Shown in pieces: positions 30,516-46,265 of a stretch of DNA of 64,000 nucleotides. The position numbers and the translations under genes are program-made. Within the stretch, counting starts at the first letter, position 1. Each line of letters starts with the position of its first letter. The notes beneath the pieces were generated by a model. It was not told where the DNA came from. It saw nothing but the letters and a program-made list of their open reading frames with translations, and made no database searches. The DNA is from the human T2T-CHM13v2.0 reference genome, Homo sapiens, in contig CP068257.2 in assembly GCA_009914755.4 (NCBI GenBank), positions 23,328,001 to 23,392,000 on the forward strand, given 5' to 3'.

Positions 30516-32756
30516 GGGGAGGCAAGAGTAGAAGCAGGTAGAAAATACTAAGGCACCATGTTATTCGTTAGGACTAAGATGGAACGATTAGTGACCTACC
30601 TGCACAAAACCTACAATCTCTATGAAAAACACAACACTCTGCTCATTCTAGAAGTCTGTCACTTTAAAAACTAAAAGTGGCCTCTAGATTTTGAGAAAAT
30701 TCACCTGTGGCCATGCTTAAGGCCATAACATCTTCTCAAAATTTAGCTCTTATTTCAGGAAATAAAGTAATACATTCCTAGAATTTTCATGTAACAGGTA
30801 AAAAAAAAAATCCTGCTTTAAATTTCACTCCAATACTATAGTTGTTTTTTTCCCAAATTTCTCAATTCTTACATATATATTGGTAATATTTATTTCCTTT
30901 TCGCTAGTCTTTGCACTTAAACAAAATTTATTCTGAATTGTTATATTTAAAAATATTTACTGGGCTCACTTTTGCATTAAAAAACAATTATTACTACACA
31001 CAATAAATAATGCCTGTGGACTTTTATATACTATAAAAGACAGAATTAGTTAAAATTGCTACAAAACAAAGTCCTGAATACTTTTAATTATGTAAAACTC
31101 AGATTCTTACAATTAAGAACACTAGGTTCCCACAGAAAATGTAAGGCAATGGAATTTAAACATACGAAGAGAGAGCAAGAGAGGGATTAGCCCCATTGGA
31201 CATTAAGAAAAGAAAAAAAAAGCTCTATTGGACTTTAAGAAAAAATAAAAACAAAGGATCAACTAGGTCTTCCATGGTGGCTGGGGGAAAACCTATTTTT
31301 TTAAGGAAATGTCTGAAAGCGTATGCCTAATGCCAACACTTTTCAGAGATATCAATGAAAAGAATAGAGAAGATTTTTAGTTTCATGATATCAATGTATG
31401 AGAAAATTACAAGAGTAAAAGGGAAAATCATCTTCTCTCTCTTAGAAGAGTTGCACAATGTATAAATGGCTAAAACAATGACCTAGGAAAGAGTTTTCAA
31501 GAGAGGAACTATTGAACTTTTGAAGTTACTTTCTGATTATTATATCTTTATGACCAAAAATGTTGTGTTTAGAGAGCTATACTGTCAAATACATAATCCA
31601 GTACTAAAAGAATGGCTGTATTCCCAGAGTAGCAAAGAATCATAATATCAAAGGAGAGTAAAGATAATTCTCTTCAAGTAATAAAGTGAATTTAGATAAG
31701 CAACCAATTAGAAACAATTTTTTAAATTTATCTTTTTGACTTCAGGTTAACCTCCCTGTATATTTATTTTACCTGAGAAAAAAAATTAACATTCATTGCC
31801 ACATAAAAGCACAACTAAAATACAGTTGGAAACAGTGTGCTTTTGACAAAAGAACTATATCACTGAGTTCTAAAGACAACATTTTTCTCAAGTATGTCAA
31901 ACACATGTAATTATATTTTCATGTTTTCACATTCATAGTCAAATTATTTAGATAACTTATTTCAATAAAATATCTTCTTTTGGTAATATTGTGCTCTGTA
32001 AATGGAGAGGAAAATAACCTATATCTACTCCAATTTTTTTCCCTTACAGAATTATTTTCCACATAATGCCACGTTCTACCTTCTAAGCACCAAATAAAGG
32101 AAAATTGATATGTGGCTTTCAGCTGCCTGTATCAAATATAAATGTAGGCAAATGAAAGAGATATGTTTAAGAAATGTGTAGATCATTTATATGTTATGAA
32201 ACAACTTTGAAATATTTTTGATGTTTTATTTTGCGGCAATAATTGTCACAAAATAGGACCAAATGTGTCTGTTTAAGAAAAAAAAAAAATCAAGGACCAA
32301 TGTAGAAGGGAAACCGTGCTCAGGCATAGAACGACAATATCCAGGAGACTCAGGTTATTGAAGGAGAAAACGTTAAAGAGAAATTTGGGCTTCAGAGACT
32401 GTAAATGCCACATGCTATTAAACTATAAAGATTGCTTTCTGAAACTGTTTATTCCTGAAAGTGAGTGGGGAAATCTTATGGCTAAAAGGAAACAGAATAG
32501 AATGAGTTTCCAGTGTGTCTTGGGATTCAGTGTTTACTTTTCACCTTATTTGCTCAGAGTAGAAGATGAAAATAGGGAGAGAAAATACAAGTTTGGCTCA
32601 GAGATCCAAAACTGAAAAGAGGAGGTGGCAAGTTTAGCTAGAAAGGTCAAAGTCCTGCCGGAAGTTTGCTTTCATGTTCACTGGAGCCGAGTTGGTTCTT
32701 TTTACATGAGAAATCCCTTCAAGCCACAAAATTGTGAGATACTGGAAGGAAAGTGT

Positions 32757-32880
32757 ATTTATTAGTCCATTCTCATGCTGCTATGAAGAAATACCCAAGA
32801 CTGGGTAATTTTTAAAGGAAAGAGAAATCAAATTCATATGTTTCATGATCAAACTCATAATCACAGTGCACCATCAATCA
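32757..32880 (-). repeat. Short MaLR LTR 3'-end fragment, antisense orientation
   Basis: tgtatttattagtccattctcatgctgctatgaagaaatacccaagactgggtaatttttaaaggaaagag is the reverse complement of the THE1/MST LTR end. Confidence 0.45.
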
Positions 32881-33917
32881 CTTAATAATAAAAATGTAGA
32901 TTGTCTTTCCTTAATTGAGTAGAAGGCAATTAGAACTTAGCACAAACCACTATCCCTCCCACCCATTCCCCAAAACACAGAATGGTGAAAAAGCATGAAA
33001 TTATTTCTCCCTGATGAAGACAACTGCCTTCTCCATTCTGAAAATAATTTCAAGTACCTCAACTGAGACACAATCTATTTCTAGTTCTCATGTATATTTG
33101 TGTGAGATGGTACAACCTCTTGAATGTCATGTATTTTGTTCTGCATGTGGTCATTCTTCAAGCTTGACTATTAGATATTTTGCTCTTTTATTTCTCTCCT
33201 GTCCTTGATGAGATCTTTTTTGCCCTAATGATTCTAAAATTCACATCTCTGCCCTACCTTTTTTTGTTGCTGTTCATTTAGATTTATTTTGATTCAAAGT
33301 TCTACTTTATATTGCTTCCCATTTTACAAAAACACTATACGTGAATAAAGAAAATCATTACTTCTGGCTCTAAACCATGACCTATCTCTGGCTTCTCCCA
33401 TACTACAAATGGTAGCACAATTAACCCTTTAACCAATTTCCAAAGATGACGGTAGAAAAAGAAGCTAATTCTTCATTTCCAATTTTCAAGTTTGTAATGA
33501 TATATCTCACAGCTTCAGTCTAGATCCTCAATCTTAGTGCATCACAAAAGCAGTAACACTTGCTTTCTTGTTTTAAAATGAAATCATCATACATTGACCA
33601 CACTGATCACCATTTCCCCTTTAGGCCCTAGTTGTTATAACTTGAACTAAATGTTAACTGTAAGCTACAATACTCTCACCTACCAGCTTTGTCAGCTCTT
33701 TCCCAACTTTTCTAATTTGTGTTAATTTGGCAAGCTGTTTTCACAATTTGAATTTTACTATTATATAACCTGCCTATAATTTTGTCTTCATTCCTTGAAA
33801 ATGCTATTTTAAGTCTCACATTCTTCGCCATGTATTCTGTGCAAAAAGTTCTACTTGATTCTAGGTCATTGCAGCACTCTGGCATCTCACATTTATTTAA
33901 AGAGAGAAAGCTAGCTA

Positions 33918-34172
<255 letters not shown>

Positions 34173-34699
34173 TCATTTAAGTTATTTAGCTATATTCTTA
34201 AAGAATATTCTTTGTTCTTTAAGAATATTCTTTGACTTTTCTAAATATTTCATACGATAGTTTTATGGGTGAGAGTTTTAAAATAAAATCTATCACAATA
34301 AAATAAATTTATTTTTATTTTAAACTCTGAACAATTTTCCAAATACTTGAGGCAGAAAGTTTTCTCTCTCCACATTGACTCTCCATACAATAAGTACATG
34401 TAATTTATTCTAGTGAAAAGATTCCTACTCAACATTGGAGATCAATATGCCTTTACTGAAACCATTCAAGCATTCAAAAAATATTCATTGTCCAACACCT
34501 GTACCCAACTAGGATCATTAACTCAGACTGGTTAAGGAAAGACAAATAAAACAAGTCATGTATTCCCCTGCCTTCATAGAGTTCATGTTATGAAGGGGCA
34601 GACAGAAAGCAGATAGTAAAAACATAAATAATGTTTATAATTGGCTGAAATGCATAACACCCTGACTCATATGTTAAAACCCTAATCCTCAGTACCTTA

Positions 34700-35060
34700 G
34701 TGTGTGCTGTATTTGGAGACAAGACCTTAACAGAGGGGATTAAGTTAAAATGAAGCCATTATGGTAGGTCCTAATCCCATCTGACTATTGCCCTTTCCAA
34801 GAAAAGGAAATTGGACATGTGAAGAGGCATTAAGGGTGCCCATGCCCAGAGGGCCAACCATGAGGAGAGACACAACATGGCGGCCATCCACAAGTCAAGG
34901 AGAGAAGCTTCAGGAGAAACCAACCCTGCTGGCACTTTGATCTTGGACTTCCAGCCTGCAGAGCTGTAAGGAAGTAAATATCTGTTGTTTAAGCCATCCA
35001 ATATGTGACATTTTGTTATAGTCGCCCTAGCAAATAAATATAGCACCAAACAGTGATACA
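34700..35060 (+). repeat. Ancient MER-type interspersed repeat (same family as 6780-6960: '...ccctgctggcactttgatcttggacttccagcctgcagagctgtaaggaagtaaatatctgttgtttaagccatcc...gttatagtcgccc')
   Basis: Motif recognition only; family name unresolved. Confidence 0.4.
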
Positions 35061-35842
35061 TCCTACAAAAAACAGAAAAGAAGGGATGGATGTGATCTGA
35101 CTTTAGAGGTTGTAGAAGTCTCTTTGAGGAGCTGACATTTGAGTTGAGACATGAATTTTAAAAAGAATTTTTGAGGAAGCTGACATTTGAGCTGCTAAGT
35201 GAATTACGAGATCATTTGGGTGAAGATAAACTATAAAGTGCAAAGTCCCTACGGCGAGACAAGCTTGGCTTGCTCTGACAGCGAAAAGGCCAGGGTGAGT
35301 GGAGTTAGTGAGCATGGGGGAAATTGTGGTCTAAGATGAGGAAAAATCAAAAACAGTCCAGCTGTCACTGGGTCTTGTAGGCAGGGAGAGGAGTTTATGT
35401 TGTCACTCTGAGATGAGTCATTGAAAGATATTAAGCAATCCTTTTAAGTCTGGTTTAAATTTAAGTGAAAAAATTAAAAAAGCACGCAGAGACGGCTTCC
35501 TTTTCTAAATATCCCCCAGGTATGATTTTGCTCTCATCCTGCTCAAAACGGAGTAGCCATCTTTAAAAAACAAACAAACAAACAAAAAAAAACATTTGAA
35601 TTTCTAATATTGTGCACAAAACTTTCAAATAAAAACAGCTTTACTGTGCTTTACTATATTTTATAGAGAGGAAACTCATTTCTAAACCATCTTTTAAGAA
35701 TTAGCAGTATGCCCAGAGATAGAGAAATACTACATCTTTTATTTTGTGCTCTATTTAAATCAAATTAATTTTATATTCCCTAGTCATTATAAAGCCCATA
35801 ATTATTTAGTTAATTGGACTATAGGACAAACATAATGGATAC

Positions 35843-36148
35843 TTTTTTTTCTTTTTTTTTTTTTTTTACAGAGTCTTGCTCTGTCACCTAGGCTGGAGTA
35901 CAGTGGTGTGATCTTGGCTCACTGCAAGCTCCACCTCCTGGGTTCAAGGATTCTCCCACCTCAGCCTCCCGAGTAGCTGGGATTACAGACACCTGCCATC
36001 ATGCCCAGCTAAATTTTGTAGTTTTGTAGAGATGGGGTTTCATCATGTTGGCCAGGCTGGTCTTGAACTCCAGACCTCAAGTGATCCATCTACCTCCCAA
36101 AGTGCTGGGATTACAGTTTTGAGCCACTGCACCTGGCCACCATGGATA
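35843..36148 (-). mobile_element. Alu (- orientation), older subfamily (CpGs decayed)
   Basis: Poly-T/C then agagtcttgctctgtcacctaggctggagtacagtgg...; 11-bp TSD atggatacttt at 35835-35845 and 36152-36162. Confidence 0.92.
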
Positions 36149-36720
36149 CTTTCAGTTGATAATTTGTGAGTTTTTGCTTACAGCATTTTGTTGATTAGTC
36201 TTAAAATATCGTGTAGAAAGCATTGATACAAGAATCTATCACAGAGTGTTAGTAATTTAAAAAGTTATTGTTAGTAAAATATAACAAATGAAATATATTT
36301 AGAAGTAAAATACTACACTACTAATATAGAGATTCCTCAGGATGAGAGTTGAGTGTCTGCAGATACTACATTTTAGATATCTCCAAGAAAGAGCTCAGGT
36401 TTTATGATTTTTTTTTCTGTTATGAGTTGAGTGTATTACATAGAGATGCTCAATTTTAACCACAGAGGGCCTCTTTATTTACTTGGCGGATTATTAAATA
36501 TTCTGCTTTTTTCCCACTCTACTCTGTAAGAGTAACATGATTGTTATCAAGCGGAAGAGGCTTGCTGCCCAATGTTCTAGAAGCCAATACTATGACACCA
36601 GGTTCTTAAAAAAAAAAAAGCTTTGTATTGAAAGTCAACTCCCAACGTGAGAGAGTGTTAAGCTCAAATCTATCTCTCTGTCTTGGCTTCAAACAGTATT
36701 TGTATTAGAAAAGTTTCAGA

Positions 36721-37790
<1,070 letters not shown>

Positions 37791-38784
37791 TATAAATATG
37801 ATGTCACTAGTTTATGTATTTACTATACTACACTTTTTATCATTATTTTATAGTAAACTTCACTTCTATTTATTACAAAAAGAAGTTACATGTAAAATAA
37901 CATCAGACAGGTCCTTCAGAAGATATGCAAGAAACAGGTATTGTTATCTTGAGATGGCAGCTCGAGGTTTGTTACTGTCCTTGAACAGCTTCCAGTGGAC
38001 AAGATGTGGAGGTGGCAGACAGTGACATTGATCATTCTGACCCTGTGTAGGCTAATGTATGTGTATGTATCTTAATTTGTAACCAAAACAAGTGTAAACA
38101 TTTTTTAAAAAATCAAAAAATAGACAAATGCTTGTAGAATAAGGACATAAAGAAGGAAAATCTCTTTGTACAGCTGTACAACATGTTTGTGTTTTTAGCT
38201 AAATGTTAATGCAAAAGCATCAAAAAAGTTAAAAAATATAAAAGTTTATGAAGTAAAAAGCTTTCAGTGGGTAAAGTTAACATATTATTGTAGAAAAAAA
38301 TCTGTATTTTATAAATTTGATGTGGCCTAAGTGTATAGTGTTTATAAGTCTACAGTCGTGTACAGTAATGTCCTACGACTTCATGTTCAATCACCCCTCA
38401 CTCATTGACTCACCTAGAAAAACTTCTGGTCCTGCAAGCTCCATTCTTGGTAAATGCCCTATACAGGTGTACCATTTTTTATCTTCCATATCATTTTTAC
38501 AGTAGCTTTTCTATGTTTAAGGATATTTTGATGCACAAATACTTATCATTGTATTACAATTGCCTTCAGTTGTTGGTACAGTAACATGCTGTACAGCTTT
38601 GTAGCCCAGGAGCAATAGGCTATGCCTTATAGCCTAGGTCTGCAATAGGGTATACAATCTAAGTTTGTGTAAAAACACTCTAGGATATTCACATAGTGAT
38701 GAGATTGCCTGAGGACACATTTCTCAAAACACTCTGTATGTAAATTCTACAAAAACTCATGTGTTACATTTCTATGCAAGTCTC

Positions 38785-39148
<364 letters not shown>

Positions 39149-40682
39149 TCACATTTGTAGCACCTTTATTTTGGCTCTGTTTACATCACACCTTCCCTAA
39201 CAGGGTCAACTTGCTCAGATCTCTAAAACCAAGTACTTATCACCTGAAAACTCCTTTGAGATTCTTTTGTAATATGCATATTCCAAAGTCAATGTCAACA
39301 TATTAAGATGTTACTTATTTTAATCTGTAAACAATCATTAACATATAGTATATTTGTAGACAAATATACTTTGATTTTCTAAGCATTTATCTCTCAAGCA
39401 ACAAAACATCCCAAAAATGATTTGTAATTTTATGTTCAAATTTTTTTCATTGTCAAAGCACGCAGAAACACACATTTTCTGAATTAGTCCACATTTTTTA
39501 TCTTCCAATTATTATCTAGAACTTTTTTCAGTATTGTTCTTATAAAATAGTAACATCTTCTTGCTACAGTCAGAAAATGTAAATGTTTAGGCCAAAATAA
39601 TTGGAGAAAATATAATGACTCAAAACACTATTCAGAGAAAGGGCATGATATGGGAGGGTTTTTGTGGACAGAGAGTGCAAGAACTTTTCGATAGGGGAGA
39701 TCTAAACTTACATTTTCAGAAAAGAAAAGGAAAACAGATAAATATCAAGAACATATTTTAATTAACTGCTGAAAATCCTAATTAAATAACTATGCACTTG
39801 TTAATTTCATAAGATGCATTATACAACCAAAAGATATTTTGCCAGTGATGATAAAATGCCTAATCACCTGGGTAAGTCTTAGATTCCCCAGAGAAGATGC
39901 AGAATGTATCTTTTAGTATCAGGTCAGCGAGTCAAATTTCTCTAGAGGTTAATATCATTAGAAATTTCAGTGCCTGAAACATGTCATATTTGTGTTTTAT
40001 TCACAAAGATGACAGATTGCTCAGGTCTCTACCAAATCTAGTATTTTTCTGTCCTAGTTTCAATAATAGGTTGCTGCTTCAGATCAATATAGCAAGCAAA
40101 TTAAATCATAAAGCTCAAAAAGAGAAAGGAATTCTGTTGCTATCCATCTCATCACAAAATATCCTCACCATTACTTCAAAATTGAATTCATGGCTTCATG
40201 AAATATCACTTACATTCAATCATAAATTGAAATACTGGCATATATATATATACACACACACATACACACATGCATATTTATTAGTTGCTTTTGTGTACAT
40301 TTTCTCTTTAACTCTCACTTCATTCCCATAACATAGGCATGTAATAATAAATTATTAATTTTTAAAGTTTAGGTCTGTGTTACTGATTGTGTTCTATATG
40401 ACAGCCATTATGTAGGTGTTGAAATGCAACAACAAGTTTAAAAAAAAAAAAACAGCAAATATCCTTACACTGAGAGAGACTAGAATGGAACAGGGACTGA
40501 ATAGTAAGTGTTAAATGAAAAATCACACAAATAAATGTAAAATTGCAATTCTGATAAGTGTTAGAAGGCAAATACAAGATTCCTAACAAGAGAATTTGAA
40601 CTACTCACATATTTAAATGGAAAGTGTCCTGTGATTATTGAATTGAGATCTAAAAGATGAAGGAGTGAAAAGGAGTGTTCCT

Positions 40683-41222
40683 TTCTTAGGGCTGCTGTAA
40701 CAAAGAACCACAAGCTGAGTGACTTAAAGAAACAAACATTTATTCTCTCACAGTTCTATAGGATAGAAGTCTTGTGATGGAGCAAGTAGGGGCATTTGAT
40801 ATGGAAAGGGTTGATTTAGGGAGACCAATTAGTGAACCAGAATTGTAAAGGATTGAGATGTAGTTAGACATAAAATGACAGGTTCTGGAAATGGATTAGT
40901 AAAAGGTATGAGGAAAATAGAGTTATCAAGAATGATTCAGTGTTCCTTGGCTTGTGGCAGCCAAGATGTTCCAATCTTGGCCTTCATCATGACATGGCAT
41001 TCTCCCCTTGTATCTCCACATTATCTTTTGTGCATGCATGCCTCTGTGTCCAAATTTTCCCTTATCCTAACAACAGTCATATTGAATTCAGGCCCATCCT
41101 AATGACCTCATTGCAACTTGATTACATCTGTGAAGATCTTATTCTGAAATAAGCTCACATTCACAGATATGGGGGTTAGAATTAAACATATTTTTGAGGG
41201 ACACAATTCATCCCATAACAGA
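40683..41222 (+). repeat. Ancient MLT/MER-type interspersed repeat ('agggctgctgtaacaaagaaccacaagctgagtgacttaaagaaacaaacatttattctctcacagttc...catcccataaca') carrying a 190-bp internal insertion (40770-40960)
   Basis: Motif recognition; family name unresolved. The insertion is a copy of 41447-41640. Confidence 0.45.
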
Positions 41223-41229
41223 GAGGGTA

Positions 41230-41830
41230 GTTAGCATTTCAGGTCAAGGGCCCATGGCTGGAGAGAACCTGATGCATTTGGGTAACTGATGTGGCCAGAT
41301 CAAAGAGAAGAATGACATGAAATGGAATTGTACATGAAGGCAAGGAGATGGAGGCCAAGATAAAACCAACAGAAAGCATTTGAAAAGTTTGTAAGGGTAG
41401 ATGGCAACTTTGGCTTCAGTGCTTAGAATGGATCATATGAATATGTGTTGGAGCAAGTAGGTGCATTTGATATGGAAAGGGTTGATTTGGGGAGGCCTGT
41501 TAGGAAACTATTAGAGTCATCCAGGTGAACCAGAAGTGGATACGATCGAGATGTAGTTAGACATAAAATGACAGGTTCTGGAGATGGATTAGCAAAAGGT
41601 ATGAGGAAAACAGGGTTATGAAGAATGATTCCCTTGTTTCCAAGTTGCAAAATTAGGAAGAAGACAGTGTCATTTGGGGAGGTTAAAAATTACCATTTGA
41701 TATATAAGATTAGGGAGATTGTGAATTCAAGTTTAGGTGTCAAGTGTGAGGTTGCGTAGAGTAGACCAAGAGGAGATATTTTGTAGGGAGTTAACTAAAT
41801 ATGTGAAGCGTCCAAAGAAATCAAGGTTAA
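41230..41830. repeat. Ancient interspersed repeat (unnamed), source of the 190-bp segment duplicated into the upstream element
   Basis: Resembles the common mammalian-wide repeat family '...gatgtagttagacataaaatgacaggttctgga...ggtatgaggaaaa...'; weak assignment. Confidence 0.3.
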
Positions 41831-41989
41831 TTTTCATTAAGTTTAATTGTGGGGTCATCGGTGTCATTCAAGGTAGTTGAAATTCTGTCTCCTATAAGCT
41901 TATATTTATAATATGTTATTTAAGATTTGTAAAAATGTAAAAAGAACCAATATGAAGACTTTATTAATTAATTCATTTTCTAATTGAGG

Positions 41990-42280
41990 TAAAATTCACA
42001 TAATATAAAAGTAACCATTTAAAATTGTACAATGCAATGGCGTAAGTACATTTACAGTGTTGTGTAACCACCACCTCTCTATCTAATTCCAAACTATTTT
42101 CATCTCCCCAAAAGAAATCTCTGTACGCAATAAAGCAATTACTCTCTACCCTCCCTTCCCCCTATCCCCCGGAAATTGCCAATTGGCTTTTTGTTTCTGT
42201 GGATTTACCTATTCTGGGTGTTTTATGAAAGGTCACATATTATATATGAATTCATTGTTTATGATCTTTATTATAAACAC
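41990..42280 (-). mobile_element. Old LINE-1 3'UTR-region fragment (antisense orientation)
   Basis: '...aaagtaaccatttaaaattgtacaatgcaatggcgtaagtacatttacagtgttgtgtaaccaccacctctctatctaattccaaactattttcatctccccaaaagaaatctctgtacgc...' matches the antisense older-L1 3' end. Confidence 0.6.
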
Positions 42281-45200
42281 CAAGTAAAAGTATGACACCT
42301 TGGAAAATGAAATTAACTCACAGCTTTTGTAATCACCAGAGGCTTGTTTTCATGAGAATTTATTAAATCTGATAAAACTCGTGTTCCTTTGCTTATTGCT
42401 AAATACCTACAGTTGACAAGCATTTCCTAGGGTGCAATCAGAAAGTGTAACTGAAATAAACTAGTATGATTAATTTTGCAGTATCCATGTAATGTATTTA
42501 ACACTTAAACAGGACTTACCATAACCCAGTAATATTCTAAGTTCCTTACAAACATTAATTCTCTTGACTTTGATTTCTACCCTATGAGATAGGTCTAGTG
42601 TTTTCTATTTTACAGATAAGGAATTTAAGGCATAAAGATTTACACAGAGATTATGTGGAAAATCCGGTAAGTTTGGCTCCAAATCTATCTTCTTCAGATA
42701 ATCTGCATTATTGCTCTCATTTATTGACTAACTACTGTGTAAAAGGACTATCTATCACCAACCATTGCCATGGGATTTACAGGGCCTCTTAGGGGAGCAG
42801 TATATGTCTTTGGCCCATTGACTTGGCTTAGCCTCATAACATACTTTGGTCAATTTAATGAAAAGATATGATGCATTCCAGTTCTGAGCAGAAGCTTTAA
42901 GAATCTTATGTGTTTCCACCAGTTGTCTATTTTTCTGGCACAAAATGACATGTCCTAGATGAGGAATGATCTTTCAGTCTAAGGCCCATAATGAAAGACA
43001 CTTGGAGAAGAAAAACTCTACAGCCCCGAAAACACTATGTGAAAAATAAATAACCTATTATTTTCATCCACTACCGTTTATGAACTTGTTGTTCTCACTT
43101 AGCTGAAGATGACCATTACTGTTCTTAATCACTGGGCTACATATTTTTTCAAATATCTTGTTCGTTTCTTAAAGGTCAAAGTTATAGCTAAGACACTGAA
43201 TGTTTTAGTGCCACACCATCATGACACCATTTCTTCTTGAAAGCAGACATTGTTTTGTTAATTCCAACTTTCATTTTAAAATGTACACAGTTTTTCAGAG
43301 TCCATTGGACAACTGAGTATCTTCTAATTATTTTAATAAGAATCCCTCGTATAAAATTAAGTCTACTTTCAAAACTTCAGTGTGTCTAAAATTTAATGAT
43401 TTTATATTTATTCTTAGATTGTACAAAGAACTTAAGGGGCTGACTCATTTAATTCTTATGAAATGATTTTAATAACAGAATTCAAATAATAAAGCAAAAT
43501 TTTCCATTTTTTTCTTATTTATGGCATACATAAATATCTACATTTTCTATATAATTAATCCATATTATTTCTTTTTTCTGTTCTTCCTTATTCTTTTCAT
43601 AAATTTTTCTTTAACATTTATTCAACAATGACAATCACTACAGAATACTTTTTAGGACTTAGGACAGGGCCTGTCACATTGTAAGAATGTAATAAAGGTA
43701 TAAAGAATCAATTACTGAATGCTTCATTAAATAAATGAATACATGGTATGAAAGTTGTCAAAATCAAAAGTCATTTCTGTTTAAAAAAAAAAAAAGAAAC
43801 AAGCTAACAAAAAAGACAAATAGAGCCAGGGAAGGCCAAAATAGAAGAGTTCTTACGCATAAATGCCTGATAACAAAAACTACCACAAAAGACTCTGCAA
43901 AGAGAAGCTTGCACAAAGGCCATCGCAAACTTACATCAAAAATATGTCTGCGAAAACACGTGCCCAGCCACTGCCTGTGCACCCTCAGACTGGCATCACC
44001 GTTGTTGTTAAGCCTTATAGCAAAGAATAATTATCTCAAAATGATGGCATAATCATCCTCATTTTTAAAAAGTCTTTTTTACCTCCTTGAATATGCGTAT
44101 CGTTTACTATGATACTCATATTCCCTTTACAATGCCTTAGTTTTGAATAAATATGATTTTGTTTTAGAGAGCCTCTCTCTGTTTGTTATTTAGGTTTACA
44201 ATACATGTAACATTTATAAAACTGAGTAGGCATGAAGGATGATTTATAGTAAAATAAAAAACACGGTATGTGCTCCTATCTCCTTTTTTAAAACACAGAA
44301 TACTTATTCTCTAGGCAGTTTCTCTCTGTTTTCTTCAGGATTTGTTTGCTTCAATCTCTTATAGTTTTGTTTTTTTCATTCTCTCATTCAAAAAAATGGG
44401 TCAAAATGGTTCACTTCACCCCTCTTCAATTTCTTCACACTTCTGTGTTCTAATCTGTTTCTACTCACAACAATTCTGACATCAAATGTGTAGGAGATTT
44501 TCCTATACCAACTAATTCTCCAACTCTCCGCACATCAACTGGGCGCTCTGTTATTCCGTTCAATTCTGACACTAGCCACCTGAAATGAGTGCAGACCCCA
44601 CAGGTTAAAGACTCAGTCCCCCCACTTCAGATGCCAATCCAAAATCCTAAGCCTCTCATACTTCTGGCTGATTGGCTACAAATTGAAGCTTCCCATGACG
44701 TCCTCTTCAGGTTTAATAATTTACAAAAACAGCCAACATGATAAGCAATAGCTATAAAACTTTACTTTCTATTACTAGTTTATAAAGGATAAAAATTATT
44801 ACCAGTTTATTACAAATGATACAAATGAACAACCAGATGAGGAGGTACATAGAATGAGGTCTGAAAAGATCCCTAGCACAGAAGTTTCTGTCTCCATGGA
44901 ATTGGAGTAGGCCACTCTTGTGGCACATGGATTTACGTGCCAACACAGAGGTCTTCTAAACCCCACTCTTTAGAAATTTATATGAAGGTTCCATTGTGTA
45001 GGCATGATTAATTATATTATTGACTGTTGGTGATTAAACTCAATCTTCAGCTCCCTCTTTCCTCCCCGGAGGTCCAGGGGTGGAACTGAAAGTTCCATCC
45101 CTTACATTATAAGCCTCTTTCATGACTAGTCTCTATCCTGCAGGTATCCAGAAGCCCTGCCATCCAAGAGTCATTCATTAGGATACCAAAGCCAATCCTA

Positions 45201-45929
45201 TGACTCAGAAAATTCCAAGTGTCTTAGAAGCCTTATATCAGAAACCAAGGACAAAGAACAAATATTACAACAAAAGATGCTTCTCTCATTCCAATCACTC
45301 ATGAAATTATATAGCTTCCCGGAGCTCTATGCTATGAACCTGGTAATGAAGACCAAATATATATTTCTTATCACAGTATCACAGATTTGCACGGGGACCC
45401 ATTTTCATTGTCTCTTAATTAAATAATCAAGTACAACATTTCTTAACATTTTCATTTTCCTGAAAAAAATGTAATCATTATTATTTAAAAATTTCCTCAC
45501 TGATTATGTATGTTTATTAAATACCCACTACAGGCCAAGCAGGGTGCTTGGTTAGTCTCAAAAGTATGTTTCTAAAAAATTATCCAGATTGCTACATTGC
45601 CATTTTCTTGAAGGTTTCTAATTCCCATGATTTCTGTAAATTACACTTGATGATCCACTAATGTATGTTCATCGGGCTTTTATCAAGGTTTGAGCTCCCC
45701 ATCGCCTCTAAAAACTCATCAGAAGGAACAGTTTTAAAAACGAAAATAAATTGCTTATTTCAAATTTAAGAACTGAATAAGAATTCCAAAATCAATGAAC
45801 GCACAAGTCACTAACCAGAAATATAATTACAATCATTTTTTAAATCAAGACCATATAAAATATTTGATTTGGGGAATTAGAAGGATAATGCCTTGAAGGA
45901 ATACCTGAGTTGAAGAACAATGTTTTTTA

Positions 45930-46265
<336 letters not shown>

